From Acidobacteriota bacterium (GTDB lineage: Bacteria > Acidobacteriota > UBA6911 > RPQK01 > JAJDTT01), in the NCBI GenBank assembly GCA_965209055.1, contig OZ242374.1, positions 4,416,001 to 4,480,000 on the forward strand: a DNA stretch of 64,000 nt, given 5' to 3'. The stretch's first letter is position 1. Each line of letters starts with the position of its first letter. The translations under genes were made by a program, and so were the position numbers. The notes under the pieces were generated by a model. It did not search any database. It had not been told where the DNA came from and saw only the letters and a list, made by a program, of their open reading frames with translations. Shown here piece by piece: positions 28,819 to 39,527 of this stretch.

Positions 28819-31121
28819 TCGTCCGCTTCCTTCGGTGGCTCGTCCTGTTGCCCGCCCAGTTGGTTTTGGGCCTGCTTTTGGTCTTCACGGATCTGGCGCG
28901 CCTTCTGAGGTTGGGGACCACCAGGCATTCCGATCCGACGGACGCTCCCGCGAACTCCGCGCTTTGCTCCATCGTGGTGCTCAACCACGACGGAAGCGCG
29001 TTGTTGCAGGAGAGCCTTCCGGCCCTGCAACGGGCCGTGAGCTACACGGGACAACCCCACGAGGTCATCCTGGTGGACAACGGAAGCTCGGATGACAGTG
29101 TCTCCTGGGTCCGGAGTCGTCTGCCCGGAATCCGCATCCTGGAGTTGGACTCGAATCTGGGATTCGGCGAAGGCAACAATCGCGGAGTTGGACTGGCGCA
29201 GCACGGGATCGTGGTTCTCCTGAACAACGACATGATCGTCGGGGAGGATTTTCTGCCGCCCCTGCTGGAACCGTTCTCGGACGAGCAGGTCTTCGCCGTC
29301 TCCAGCCAGATCTGCTTTCCTCCGGAAAAGAGGCGGGAGGAAACGGGCAACACCCAGGCCCGGATGCGCCGAGGATTCCTCCACTTGGCCCACGAGCCGC
29401 TGAGGAAATCCCACGAAACCCGGAAAGCCCTACCGGTCTTTTGGGCAGGAGGCGGTTCTTCGGCTTTTCGTCGTTCTCGATTCCTTGAACTGGGGGGATT
29501 CTCCGGCATCTTCTCTCCCGCCTACCTGGAAGACACCGATCTGAGCTACCGGGCCTGGCGGCGGGGCTGGACCTCTCTCCTGGCTGCCGGGAGCCGTGTC
29601 CTCCATCGCCACCGGAGCACCAGCTCCCGGCTTTTCACGCCGGATTTCCTGAAGCGACTCGTGGGTGAGCGGAAACTGTGGTACCAGTGGAAGAACTTCC
29701 AACTCAGGACCCTCCTGCCTCACCTCCTGCTCTATCCCTGGCACCTGGGAAAGGAGCTGACGCCCGGAGAATATCTCCGGACCTTCAGTCGGCTTCCCGA
29801 GGTCCTGAAGCTTCGCTGGCGCGAACCGCGCCGGCGGCAATCGGACCGCGCTCTCATCGACCTTTGCCGCAGGCCGCTGACCTACGTGCATGGCAGGCCC
29901 GGGCGCGCCACGCCTTCCGAGACGTCCCCTGACCGGCTCAAGATACTCGTCGTCAGCGCCTATCTTCCCGTTCTGGGACGCCACGGTGGAGCCGGGCGCG
30001 TCTTCCAATTCCTCAGCCGCGCCTCACGGCGGCACCAGATTCATCTCCTGTCGTTTGTGGAGAGTGATGACGAGACCGAGAGTGTCCATCAGCTCCGCCG
30101 TCATTGCGCCAGCTTGGAGTTGGTCCCGCGGCGCGACTTCGAGTCCGTGTCTCTCTATCCTTACGAACCCTTCGAGGAGTTCAACTGCCCTGATTTCCGC
30201 CGGCGATTCGAAGCGATTCTGGAAGAGAGGGAGTTCGATCTGATTCACTACGAATGGCCCCAAATGGTCCAGTACGACGATCTGGTTCCGCTCTGGGTTC
30301 CCAGGCTCCTTACCGAGATGGAAGTCAACTATGCCGCCCACTACAGCCGTTACCGCCTGACTTCCAGTCCATTTTCCAGGATCAAGCTCCACTACGACAC
30401 GCTTCAGACGCTCTACCGGGAGGTCGAGATGTGCCGGCGCATGGATCGGGTCATCTGCGTTACTACCGTCGATCGGAGCTACCTGGAAGGATACCTGCCC
30501 CGGCCGAGACTGAGGGTGTTGCCGACGGGCGTCGACACCTCCTACTTCGTTCCCGGAAACGGCAAGGTCGAGGCCAACAGCATTCTCTACGTCGGCGCCT
30601 TTCGCCACGACCCGAACGTGGACGCCATGCAGTTTTTCGTAAACCAGGTTCTGCCGCTGCTGTTGGAGGAGCGCCGGGAGACGCACCTCTATATCGTGGG
30701 GTCATCACCAACGCCGGAGATCCGGGCCATGGACGATCACCCGGCCGTTACCGTCACCGGTTTCGTCCCGGACCTGAGGGAATACTATGCCCGTACCCAA
30801 GTCGTGGTGGTACCGGTTCGGACCGGCGTCGGGATTCGCGGCAAAGTATTGGAGGCATGGGCATGCGGCAAGGCAGTCGTGGGAACCTCCCTTGCCTTCC
30901 AGGGAATTGACGCCGTTCACGGACAGAACGCGCTGGTTGCCGAGACTCCCGAGGAATTCGCCATGTGGATCGCGGCCCTCATGAGGAACCCCGAGTTCAC
31001 GGCCCGGCTGGCGGAGTCAGGCCGCCGCACCGTGACGAAACACTACGATTGGGAAATATTGGCTGGAAATCTGGTGAATCTCTATGAGGAGACGGCGCGA
31101 TTCGACAAGAGTGTGAATTGA
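28815..31121 (+). CDS. GT2-GT4 fusion glycosyltransferase
   Basis: GT2 motifs LVDNGSSD, LLNND, YLEDTDL; GT4 motifs PTGVD, GIRGKVLEAWACG; ATGA overlap with the methyltransferase stop. Confidence 0.9.
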   Translation: MIVRFLRWLVLLPAQLVLGLLLVFTDLARLLRLGTTRHSDPTDAPANSALCSIVVLNHDGSALLQESLPALQRAVSYTGQPHEVILVDNGSSDDSVSWVRSRLPGIRILELDSNLGFGEGNNRGVGLAQHGIVVLLNNDMIVGEDFLPPLLEPFSDEQVFAVSSQICFPPEKRREETGNTQARMRRGFLHLAHEPLRKSHETRKALPVFWAGGGSSAFRRSRFLELGGFSGIFSPAYLEDTDLSYRAWRRGWTSLLAAGSRVLHRHRSTSSRLFTPDFLKRLVGERKLWYQWKNFQLRTLLPHLLLYPWHLGKELTPGEYLRTFSRLPEVLKLRWREPRRRQSDRALIDLCRRPLTYVHGRPGRATPSETSPDRLKILVVSAYLPVLGRHGGAGRVFQFLSRASRRHQIHLLSFVESDDETESVHQLRRHCASLELVPRRDFESVSLYPYEPFEEFNCPDFRRRFEAILEEREFDLIHYEWPQMVQYDDLVPLWVPRLLTEMEVNYAAHYSRYRLTSSPFSRIKLHYDTLQTLYREVEMCRRMDRVICVTTVDRSYLEGYLPRPRLRVLPTGVDTSYFVPGNGKVEANSILYVGAFRHDPNVDAMQFFVNQVLPLLLEERRETHLYIVGSSPTPEIRAMDDHPAVTVTGFVPDLREYYARTQVVVVPVRTGVGIRGKVLEAWACGKAVVGTSLAFQGIDAVHGQNALVAETPEEFAMWIAALMRNPEFTARLAESGRRTVTKHYDWEILAGNLVNLYEETARFDKSVN

Positions 31122-31147
31122 GAGCGAAGAGTGGTCGCCGAAGCAGG

Positions 31148-31168
31148 CGGCGGCGATATTCGCCGCCG
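31148..31168. terminator. GC-rich hairpin between convergent genes
   Basis: CGGCGGCGA-TAT-TCGCCGCCG, 9-bp stem; no clear U-tract. Confidence 0.35.
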
Positions 31169-31172
31169 GCGG

Positions 31173-31565
31173 TCAATTGAAGGGGTCGGGGGAGGAATGG
31201 AAATGAGTGAGTTTCCATTCTCCGTTCTCGCGCTGATAGATCTCGGTCCAACGGCCCGTCTCCCGCTGGAGCCGTCCCTGGGCGTGATACGCCATCAGAT
31301 ACTGGGAAGTGATCCACCCGACGTCGCCGCTGAATTCGATCTGGATATTGTCGGTTAGCAACGTTATGTCGTGGACCTGACTGAAGTATTGATGAAGCGT
31401 GTTCTCAAATGTCTTGAAATCGGAGAAGCGGGGAGGCGGAACCTTCTCAAATACCACCGCCTGCTCGGCATAGACGCCTCTCAACGTCAACATGTCCTTC
31501 TGTTGCCAGCCGCTGACATGTTGCCGGTGCATATTCAACAGTAATTCTCTCGGATTATTGCGCAT
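31173..31565 (-). CDS. NTF2-like / SnoaL-like protein
   Basis: 130 aa, GRWTEIY...GEWKLTHFHSS C-terminus; visibly lower GC than its neighbours. Confidence 0.8.
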   Translation of the reverse strand: MRNNPRELLLNMHRQHVSGWQQKDMLTLRGVYAEQAVVFEKVPPPRFSDFKTFENTLHQYFSQVHDITLLTDNIQIEFSGDVGWITSQYLMAYHAQGRLQRETGRWTEIYQRENGEWKLTHFHSSPDPFN

Positions 31566-31654
31566 AGACTAGCGGTAATCATACCATAAATGTCGATTTG
31601 TGCCTAGCGTGCCGCGGCCGGCGCGGCCACGGGTCCCAGGCCGATCTTGACTTC

Positions 31655-32761
31655 TCAGCCCATCGAGTCCGGGTCCGCCGCCAGTGCTTCCAGTACTTTT
31701 TCGGCCATGGCCCGGGTCCCGATGGACTCTTCTCCGGTTCGCGCCAGGTCGGCGGTCCGGTGTCCCTGGTGCAGGCACGTCTCCACCGCCGAATCGATCC
31801 GGCGGGCGATGTCATCCCGTCCCAGGGAATAACGGAACAGGAGCGCCGCACTGGAGATGGCGGCCAAGGGGTTCGCCCGGCCTCTTCCGGCAATGTCCGG
31901 CGCCGTGCCATGGACCGGCTCGTAAAGCCCCTTCCGGACCCCCTCCGCCGGAGCCCCCAGACTGGCGGAAGGCAGCAGGCCGATGGACCCGGCCAGCACC
32001 GCCGCCTCATCACTGAGGATGTCCCCGAACAGATTCGTGGAAAGAAGCACGTCGAAATGCCTGGGCCGCGAGATCAACTGCATGGAACAGTTGTCCACCA
32101 GCATGTGCTCCAAATCCACATCCGGGTAGTCGTTTGCGACCTCCTCCACCACCGTGCGCCAGAGCAGCGAGCTCTCCATGACGTTGGACTTGTCCACGCT
32201 GGTGACGAGGCGGCGCCGTTCCCGGGCCAGTTGAAAGGCGGCCCGGGCGATCCGTTCGATCTCGTAGTCGTGGTAGATCTCCATGTTGTAGGCGCACCGG
32301 ACGCCCGAACGCCGCTCGCTGCCCCGTGGCTCACCGAAATAGATCCCGCCCGTCAGTTCTCGAACGATCATGATGTCGACGTCTTCGATGATCGATTTCT
32401 TGAACGGCGAAGTATCCAGGAGAGACGGATGGGTCTTGACGGGCCGTAGATTGGTGAACAGCCCCAACTCCTTGCGCAGTCGAAGCAGAGCCTGTTCGGG
32501 ACGCATCGGGGCGGGATTGGAGTCGAACCGGGAATCTCCCGCCGCCCCGACCAGTACGGCATCCGCTTCCCTGCAGGCAGCGAGAACAAAATCGGGCAGA
32601 GGGTCCCCGTAGCGCTCCAGGGCGGTTCCTCCGGCCGGAAAGGTGCGAATATCCAGTTGCAGACCGTGGTTGCGTCCACACCACTCCAGGACGTCGACGG
32701 CCGCGGCGATCACCTCCGGACCGATGCCGTCCCCCGGCAGCACGGCGATCACGTGGGTCAT
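31655..32761 (-). CDS. leuB: 3-isopropylmalate dehydrogenase
   Basis: LPGDGIGPE, RELTGGIYFG, DKSNV, NLFGDILSDEA, YEPVHGTAPDIAG. Confidence 0.96.
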   Translation of the reverse strand: MTHVIAVLPGDGIGPEVIAAAVDVLEWCGRNHGLQLDIRTFPAGGTALERYGDPLPDFVLAACREADAVLVGAAGDSRFDSNPAPMRPEQALLRLRKELGLFTNLRPVKTHPSLLDTSPFKKSIIEDVDIMIVRELTGGIYFGEPRGSERRSGVRCAYNMEIYHDYEIERIARAAFQLARERRRLVTSVDKSNVMESSLLWRTVVEEVANDYPDVDLEHMLVDNCSMQLISRPRHFDVLLSTNLFGDILSDEAAVLAGSIGLLPSASLGAPAEGVRKGLYEPVHGTAPDIAGRGRANPLAAISSAALLFRYSLGRDDIARRIDSAVETCLHQGHRTADLARTGEESIGTRAMAEKVLEALAADPDSMG

Positions 32762-32941
32762 GAGTCATCCCCTCCCGGTGGTTCCCTCCGAACGGTGGGA
32801 GCCTACCACAGCCCCCGCGGCCAACGCCCCGGAAGCCCGACTCCCATCCGGCGGGCTGCTATACTGTGACGCCGCCGGCCGGATTTCCCGCTCCGGCCGG
32901 CATCGATCGGCAACAGCGACGCAGCCGGACAGGCCAGGATC

Positions 32942-33616
32942 ATGGCAGCCAAGACGACACCGGTGATCAGCCGTGCAATGGAAGATTACCTCAAGGCCAT
33001 CTACGAGTTGGCCGCCGGAGACTCGCTGGTCACGACCTCCAGGGTCGCCGCCGCCATGTCATGCCGGCCGGCCAGCGTGACCAACATGGTCCAGCGCCTT
33101 TCCGACCTGAAGCTGGTGGAATACCAGCGCTACAAGGGAGTCCGCCTGACTCCGGCCGGAACCCGGATCGCGCTCGAGATCATCCGGCACCACCGGCTGC
33201 TGGAACTGTACCTGTCCGAGGTCCTGGGCTACACCTGGGACAAGGTGCACGAGGAAGCGGATCTCCTGGAACACGTCATTTCCGAGGAGTTCGAAGAGAA
33301 GATCGACCAGGCGCTCGGATATCCCCGGAAGGATCCCCACGGCGATCCCATTCCAACCAAGAAAGGCGAGATCGATCTGGAACGGGTGGGAAGGCTCTGG
33401 GACATGGTCGCCGGCCAGGAGACCCGGGTGCGGAGGGTCAGCGACAAGGACCCCAATGTCCTGCGCCACCTGGCCTCCATCGGCATCTTCCCCGACGTCA
33501 AGCTGGACCTGGTGAGACGTGACCCTTTCAACGGACCCGTCTACGTCCGGGTCAATGGAGTCGAGCACGGACTCAGCGAGGAACTGGCCCGCCAGATCTT
33601 CGTCAGCCTGCCATGA
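32942..33616 (+). CDS. DtxR/MntR family metal-dependent repressor with FeoA domain
   Basis: EDYLKAIY, RHHRLLELYL, HEEADLLEH, DPHGDPIP, C-terminal FeoA/SH3-like domain. Confidence 0.93.
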   Translation: MAAKTTPVISRAMEDYLKAIYELAAGDSLVTTSRVAAAMSCRPASVTNMVQRLSDLKLVEYQRYKGVRLTPAGTRIALEIIRHHRLLELYLSEVLGYTWDKVHEEADLLEHVISEEFEEKIDQALGYPRKDPHGDPIPTKKGEIDLERVGRLWDMVAGQETRVRRVSDKDPNVLRHLASIGIFPDVKLDLVRRDPFNGPVYVRVNGVEHGLSEELARQIFVSLP

Positions 33617-35172
33617 GGGTGCCGCTCACTCCCCTGCGGTTTCTCTACCGCGCCAGGGACCAATTCGGTTCCAAAGCCGGCATCGTCGACGCCGGGCGAA
33701 GCTGGACCTACCGCGAGTTTTCCCGGCGCTGCCATCGCTTGGCCGCCATCCTCTCCTCCTGGCGGCTCCCCGCCGGCTCCCGGGTCGCTCTCCTCTCATA
33801 CAACCAGCACCCGCTCCTGGAAGCCTATTACGGAGTCCCCCTGGCCGGCTGCATCCTCCTCCCTCTGAACACCCGTCTCCGGGCCGCCGACTTCCGCCAC
33901 ATCCTCAACGACGCGGGGGCGCGGGTCCTCATCTTCCATCCTGACTTTCTCCCCGTCGTGGAGGAGATTCGCCGCGACCTCCACGGCGTTCGGCGTTTCC
34001 TGCTCCTGGAGCCCGGTCCGTCCCTCGACTGGGTCGAGCCCGGCTCCTACCGGCGCCTGATGGAAACCGGCGAGTGCGCGCCGGACCGGGACATTGCCGG
34101 AGTCGACGAAGAGGACGTCGCCGAGTTGTTCTACACCTCGGGCACGACGGCTCTTCCCAAGGGGGTCATGCTCACCCATCGCAACCTCTACCTTCATGCG
34201 CTGGAGGTGTCCCTGGCATTGGGTATCCGGGAAGAGGACACCCAACTGCACACCATCCCCCTGTTCCACGTGAACGGTTGGGGGACGCCCCAGTTCCTGA
34301 CCTGTCTGGGAGGACGGCACGTCCTCATGAAGCGCTTCCATCCCGGCGACGCGTACCGCCTGATCCAGGAACATGGCGTCACGTTCTTTTTCCTGGTGCC
34401 GACCATGGCCATTTCGCTCCTGAACCATTCCGAACGGGATCGGTTCGACACCTCTTCGGTCCGGTTGATCAACCTGGGGGGAGCAGCCGCCAATCCCCGG
34501 CTCGTGGAGCAATTGGAAGCGGCCTTCGACTGCCGGTGCGTCGCCGGCTATGGCCTCACGGAATGCTCTCCCGTGGTGACGCTCTCGTTTCCCAAGAGCC
34601 ATCTCGCGGTCCAGGGCGAGCGCCGCCTGGCCGTCCAGTCCATGACCGGCTACCCCATTCCCGGCGTGGAACTGGCGCTGCTGGACGGGCAGGGCCGTTC
34701 CCTTCCCTGGAACGGCAGCGATCTAGGGGAAATCGCCATCCGGGGCGACGGCGTCATGAAGGGCTATTGGGGACAGGCGGAGACGGAGGCGGCGGCCGGG
34801 AACTGGTTGCGGACCGGCGACCTGGCCACCATCGACCCGGACGGCTACGTTCAGATCGTCGATCGAAAGAAGGACATCATCGTCAGCGGCGGCGAGAACA
34901 TCTCCAGCCTGGAGGTGGAACGGGTGCTTCTGTCCCATCCCGGCGTCCTGGAATGCGCCGTGATACCGGTTTCCGACGATCACTGGGGAGAGATTCCCAA
35001 GGCGGTGGTCGTCCCCAGAACGCCGGACTGTGTCACCCCGAAGGAACTCGTCTCCTATTGCCGGCGCCGGCTGGCCTCCTTCAAGGTCCCCCGGATCGTC
35101 GAACTCGTGTCCGGCCTGCCCAAGGGAGGGACCGGCAAGATACTGAAGCGGGAACTCAGAAAGCGCGGCTGA
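33613..35172 (+). CDS. long-chain fatty acid-CoA ligase (ANL family)
   Basis: YTSGTTALPKG, GYGLTE, TGDL, DRKKDIIVSGGENISS, GKILK; ATGA overlap with the regulator gene. Confidence 0.92.
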   Translation: MRVPLTPLRFLYRARDQFGSKAGIVDAGRSWTYREFSRRCHRLAAILSSWRLPAGSRVALLSYNQHPLLEAYYGVPLAGCILLPLNTRLRAADFRHILNDAGARVLIFHPDFLPVVEEIRRDLHGVRRFLLLEPGPSLDWVEPGSYRRLMETGECAPDRDIAGVDEEDVAELFYTSGTTALPKGVMLTHRNLYLHALEVSLALGIREEDTQLHTIPLFHVNGWGTPQFLTCLGGRHVLMKRFHPGDAYRLIQEHGVTFFFLVPTMAISLLNHSERDRFDTSSVRLINLGGAAANPRLVEQLEAAFDCRCVAGYGLTECSPVVTLSFPKSHLAVQGERRLAVQSMTGYPIPGVELALLDGQGRSLPWNGSDLGEIAIRGDGVMKGYWGQAETEAAAGNWLRTGDLATIDPDGYVQIVDRKKDIIVSGGENISSLEVERVLLSHPGVLECAVIPVSDDHWGEIPKAVVVPRTPDCVTPKELVSYCRRRLASFKVPRIVELVSGLPKGGTGKILKRELRKRG

Positions 35173-35216
35173 AACCGCCGGTTCCGTGCTACGGAAGGTT
35201 CGAACGGACGGACCGG

Positions 35217-36140
35217 TCAGTCCGAATGGGCCAGATTCTCCAGATACTTCTCGGCGTCGATGGCCGCCCGGCAACCCGCCCCGGCGGCGGTGACCGCCTG
35301 GCGGTAGACGTGGTCGTGAATGTCACCGGCGGCGAAGACCCCCTCGACGCTGGTCCGGGAGCCGCCATGGACGGAGATGTAGCCGCCGTGGGTCTTCACT
35401 TTGTCTCGGAAAGCCTGGGAGTTGGGCGTGTGCCCGATGGCGACGAACACTCCTTCCATTGGGATCTGACTCTCCTCGCCGGTCTTCACGTTGCGGAGCC
35501 GGATCGCCTCGACCCGTTTCTTTCCCGGGTCCAGGATATCGGTCACGACCGTGTCCCAGATAAAATTGATCTTGGGATGGCTCAGGGCGCGGGCCGCCAT
35601 GATCTTGGAGGCCCTCAACTCGTCCCGACGGTGGATAACGGTGACGCTGGCGGCAAACTTGGTGAGGAAGAGAGACTCCTCCATGGCGCTGTCGCCCCCG
35701 CCGACGACGGCGACGCGCTGGTCCCTGAAGAAGAATCCGTCGCAGGTCGCGCAGGTGGAGACGCCGTACCCGATGAGCTGTTTCTCCGACTCCAGTCCCA
35801 TGAGCCGGGCCGACGCGCCCGAGGCGATGATCAAGGAGAGGGCCCGGTAGCTGGACGCTTCCGTCCGGACCGTGAAGGGATGGTTCAAATCCGCTTCGAC
35901 CACCGTCTCCATCCGGTATTCGGCCCCGAAGCGCTGGGCCTGTTCCTTCATTCTCTGGACCAGCTCCGGACCGTCGATCCCATCGGGAAAACCAGGGTAG
36001 TTCTCGACCAGGGTGGTCAGGGAGAGCTGTCCGCCCGGCTCGTGTCCTTCGAGGACGAGCGGATTCAGATTGGCCCTGGCGGCGTAAATGGCGGCCGTGG
36101 AACCGGCGCAGCCTGAACCCAGAATGATCACCTTGTACAC
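35217..36140 (-). CDS. trxB: thioredoxin reductase
   Basis: GGQL..TT.VENYPGF, CATCDG, GGGDSAMEE, FAAGD, YRQAVTAAG. Confidence 0.96.
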   Translation of the reverse strand: MYKVIILGSGCAGSTAAIYAARANLNPLVLEGHEPGGQLSLTTLVENYPGFPDGIDGPELVQRMKEQAQRFGAEYRMETVVEADLNHPFTVRTEASSYRALSLIIASGASARLMGLESEKQLIGYGVSTCATCDGFFFRDQRVAVVGGGDSAMEESLFLTKFAASVTVIHRRDELRASKIMAARALSHPKINFIWDTVVTDILDPGKKRVEAIRLRNVKTGEESQIPMEGVFVAIGHTPNSQAFRDKVKTHGGYISVHGGSRTSVEGVFAAGDIHDHVYRQAVTAAGAGCRAAIDAEKYLENLAHSD

Positions 36141-36332
36141 GGAATCGCCCCTCTCTCGTTTATCCGGCGAACTTGCCCATCTTCAGCCCCATACCCCTGC
36201 GCCCGTCCGCTGAAACGGGACACCTGCTTCAGCGCGGGGTACGATAAGGTAACGGATGGCGCCACGGCTTGGCAACGGACCGCCGGACCGGGAGCCCGGT
36301 TGCGCCGTGTCCGAGTCAGGGAGAATGAGTCG

Positions 36333-37424
36333 ATGCTCGATCAAGACTGGCTGATTCCACTCAGGACGGTCTGGCAGTCTCTGGTCCAACTGTCGTTGGA
36401 GCGAATCTTGTGGGCGCTCCTGATCGCCGTGGCCGGCCTGTTGTCGGCCCGCCTGGTGGACAAGTTGGTCAGCACGCTGCTCTACCGGTTGACGCGGCGG
36501 ACCAAGACCGAGCTGGACGATCTCATCATCGATCAACTCCACCGCCCCGTCATGCGGAGCACGGTTCTCATCGGCTTCTACGTTGCCCTCAAAGTGTCCG
36601 GCTTGCACGACCAGGTGGTGAATCTCCTGGCTCACTTGATCCAGACCCTGATCGTCCTGATCTGGCTGTTTGCCGCGATGCCCCTTGCCGGAATCGTCTT
36701 CCGCTGGATGAGCCAGCATGAAACCCGGTTTCGGGCCGTTCAACCGGCCAGCCTCCCCCTGTTTTCCATCGGAAGCAAGGTCGCGCTCGTCAGCGCCGCC
36801 GTCTACGTGGGCATGCTGACCTGGGAAATCGACATCGCGGCCTGGGTGGCTTCAGCCGGAATCATGGGCCTCGCCGTCGGTTTTGCCGCCCGGGACACCC
36901 TGGCCAACCTGTTTGCGGGCGTCTCCATTCTCGCCGACGCTCCCTACAAGATCGGCGACTACATCGTGCTCACCGACGGCAACAAACGGGGTATGGTGAC
37001 GCATATCGGACTCCGCAGCACCCGCATATTGACGCGTGACGACATCGAAATCACCATTCCCAACGCGGCCATCGCCAATTCGACGCTGGTCAACGAGAGC
37101 GGCGGACCCGCGATTCACCAGCGAGTCCGTCTCCGGCTCAACGTCGCCTATGGATCGGACGTGGACCAAGTGCGCGACCTGCTCCTGGCCGTGGCGCGGG
37201 AGGAACCCATGGTCCGGCCCGAACCCGCGCCGCGCGTGCGGTTCCGCCAGTTCGGAGATTCGGGACTGATTTTCGAGCTGCTCTGCTGGATTGCGGAAGC
37301 GGAGTTGCGGGGCAGGGCCATCGACGCCCTTCACACCCGGGCCTACAAGTCCCTGGGCGACGCGGGAATCGAAATTCCGTTTCCCCAGCAGGACATCCAT
37401 ATCCGGCAGGCGCCGAAAGGGTAG
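36333..37424 (+). CDS. MscS family mechanosensitive channel
   Basis: Several TM helices, GLAVGFAARDTLANL, IGLRSTRI, IPN, GIEIPFPQ. Confidence 0.92.
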   Translation: MLDQDWLIPLRTVWQSLVQLSLERILWALLIAVAGLLSARLVDKLVSTLLYRLTRRTKTELDDLIIDQLHRPVMRSTVLIGFYVALKVSGLHDQVVNLLAHLIQTLIVLIWLFAAMPLAGIVFRWMSQHETRFRAVQPASLPLFSIGSKVALVSAAVYVGMLTWEIDIAAWVASAGIMGLAVGFAARDTLANLFAGVSILADAPYKIGDYIVLTDGNKRGMVTHIGLRSTRILTRDDIEITIPNAAIANSTLVNESGGPAIHQRVRLRLNVAYGSDVDQVRDLLLAVAREEPMVRPEPAPRVRFRQFGDSGLIFELLCWIAEAELRGRAIDALHTRAYKSLGDAGIEIPFPQQDIHIRQAPKG

Positions 37425-37520
37425 CTGGAAAATCGGCGCCACCACCAGCGACCTGCTTCGGCGGGACGGAAGAGGGCGGCTACAAGGGCCCCTCCGAAGC
37501 AATATATCGCGCCCAGCGGG

Positions 37521-38564
37521 TCAGATCGCATCGAACTCGGCCAGTTTGACGGGCCGCCCCTCCCGGGCCGACCGGTCGGCCGCGAACACCACCTTGTGGC
37601 TCTCCCAAGCCTCGCGGACCCCGGTCAAAGGCATGGCGCGGCCCTCTCGAACGCTGTCCACGAAGGCCTGGAACTGGGGTTCGTACGGATGGTGGCTCAC
37701 GTCTCCCGAATCGATCAACTGGGTTTCCAGAGTGCTCCAGGCCTCCTTGCTCAACCCTTTTAATTTGGCACTGTAGATCCGGTTGTCCAGCAGGCTGCCT
37801 TCGCTCCCCACCAGGTGGATATGGAAGTAGTACGGCTGGAGGCAATCCACCACCGAGGCGACCTTGCCCAACCGGCCGTCCTCGAACTTGAGGAGGGTGA
37901 CGCTGGTAGTGTCGTACTCGTAGGGAGAGAAAATGGAGTTGGAGGATCGATTTCCGTGGGACACCACCTCCTCGACGCGGCCCCCCATGAACATCAGCAG
38001 TCCGTCCAAGGCGTGGCAGCCGGCCGTGAGCAGGCTGCTTCCCGCGTACCTCTTCTTGACGTTCCACTCGAACTGCCCATACCAAGGTCCGATGCCGTGA
38101 TAGTAGTCCACCTCCGCGTAGTGGATCCGGCCCAGGAGGCCTTCCGAAATACAGGACTGAATCATGGTGAAGTGCTCGCTGAAACGGCACTCGAAACAGA
38201 CACAGACCCCGACGCCGGCTTCTTCGACGGCCCGCTTCATGGCCGCAAGATCCTCGACCGTCAGACAGAGGGGTTTCTCGATGATGAGGTGCTTGCCGGC
38301 CCGGGCCGCCGCGATGGACTGCTCGGCGTGCAGATGATGCGGGGTGCAGATGTCCACGACGTCGATTTCAGGATCGGCCAACATCTCCTCGTAGCTGCCG
38401 TAGGCCTTCAGCGGGACGCCGTACGTGGCCTCCAGTTCCGACTCGTCCAGCCGGCGCCTGGAGGAGACGCCGCCGACACGCGCCCCCGAGACGGTCTTGA
38501 AGGTTTCGATGTGGGCTCCCGCGACCCAGCCCAGTCCCACGATTCCGACGTTCAATTCGCTCAT
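37521..38564 (-). CDS. Gfo/Idh/MocA family oxidoreductase
   Basis: [26 protein letters not shown]. Confidence 0.9.
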   Translation of the reverse strand: MSELNVGIVGLGWVAGAHIETFKTVSGARVGGVSSRRRLDESELEATYGVPLKAYGSYEEMLADPEIDVVDICTPHHLHAEQSIAAARAGKHLIIEKPLCLTVEDLAAMKRAVEEAGVGVCVCFECRFSEHFTMIQSCISEGLLGRIHYAEVDYYHGIGPWYGQFEWNVKKRYAGSSLLTAGCHALDGLLMFMGGRVEEVVSHGNRSSNSIFSPYEYDTTSVTLLKFEDGRLGKVASVVDCLQPYYFHIHLVGSEGSLLDNRIYSAKLKGLSKEAWSTLETQLIDSGDVSHHPYEPQFQAFVDSVREGRAMPLTGVREAWESHKVVFAADRSAREGRPVKLAEFDAI

Positions 38565-38732
38565 TTTCACTCCCTCCCGGTCTGATGGGATCGAACCCGC
38601 TCCGCTGACGGCCGGTCCCTGCAAGTCCTGAGCCCCAGGGCACAAGAGATTGGACGATATCTGCTATATTTGGTTCTCAAACAGGAAAAAACAACCGGAA
38701 AACGTTACAAAACACTCCCCGATAGCGGAACT

Positions 38733-39515
38733 GTGGAGACGCGGAAGTCCACCCTTCAGACGACGACACCGGGAATCGTCACCCGGTCCCGCCCACAATC
38801 CGCCATCCGCTCAGCCGGGATCGGCCTCCTGCCCGTCCTGGGCATCCTGGCCGGTCTGACCGCACTGGCACTCGCCGGCCTGTACGTCAACGACCGCTTC
38901 CAGACTCTGGAGGAGCGGATATCCGTGAATCGGGAGTACCTTCACGCCGAGCGGGAGGAATTGAAGCGTCTCAGTTCACGGTTGCTGGGCCTCAGCGGCG
39001 ACTCCCAACGATTGGAGGGGGAGCTGGAAAAGGAGGACCAGAAGCTGCGGAACGCCGTCAGGTCCAGCTTCCAGCAGGCTCGGAAGAGAATCGAGGAAAG
39101 CCGCGGGGACATCGAGAAGCTGAGCGGCGCCCTGGAGGCTCTCGCCGGCACCGTGGAACAACTGAACCAGAGCCATCTGGAGACCGCGGACCGGTCCCAG
39201 GCCCGGCACACGGAGACGGAGAAGAGTACGGAGTCCAACCGGGTGGCCGTTGAGAATCTCCGGTCCCGAGTGTCCCGGATCCAAGGACAATTGGGGTCCC
39301 ACCTGGAACGGCTGAACGGGCTGGGCAAGACCTTGGAGGGACTGGCCACCCAGGTACAGTCGGTCGAAGAAGCCGGCAAGAGTACCGTGGTTTCGCTGGA
39401 ATCCAACCTGCAGGCCCTGTCGGAACGGGTCAGCCTGGCCCTCAGCGACGTTCGGGCTCGCCTGGACGACCTGTCCGCCCGGTTGGACCGGCAGGGCGGC
39501 CAGGAGGCCTTTTAG
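38733..39515 (+). CDS. single-TM coiled-coil hypothetical protein
   Basis: One hydrophobic helix followed by long heptad-rich helices; start uncertain (38670 or GTG 38733). Confidence 0.7.
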   Translation: METRKSTLQTTTPGIVTRSRPQSAIRSAGIGLLPVLGILAGLTALALAGLYVNDRFQTLEERISVNREYLHAEREELKRLSSRLLGLSGDSQRLEGELEKEDQKLRNAVRSSFQQARKRIEESRGDIEKLSGALEALAGTVEQLNQSHLETADRSQARHTETEKSTESNRVAVENLRSRVSRIQGQLGSHLERLNGLGKTLEGLATQVQSVEEAGKSTVVSLESNLQALSERVSLALSDVRARLDDLSARLDRQGGQEAF

Positions 39516-39527
39516 CCCCTTTCCAGG

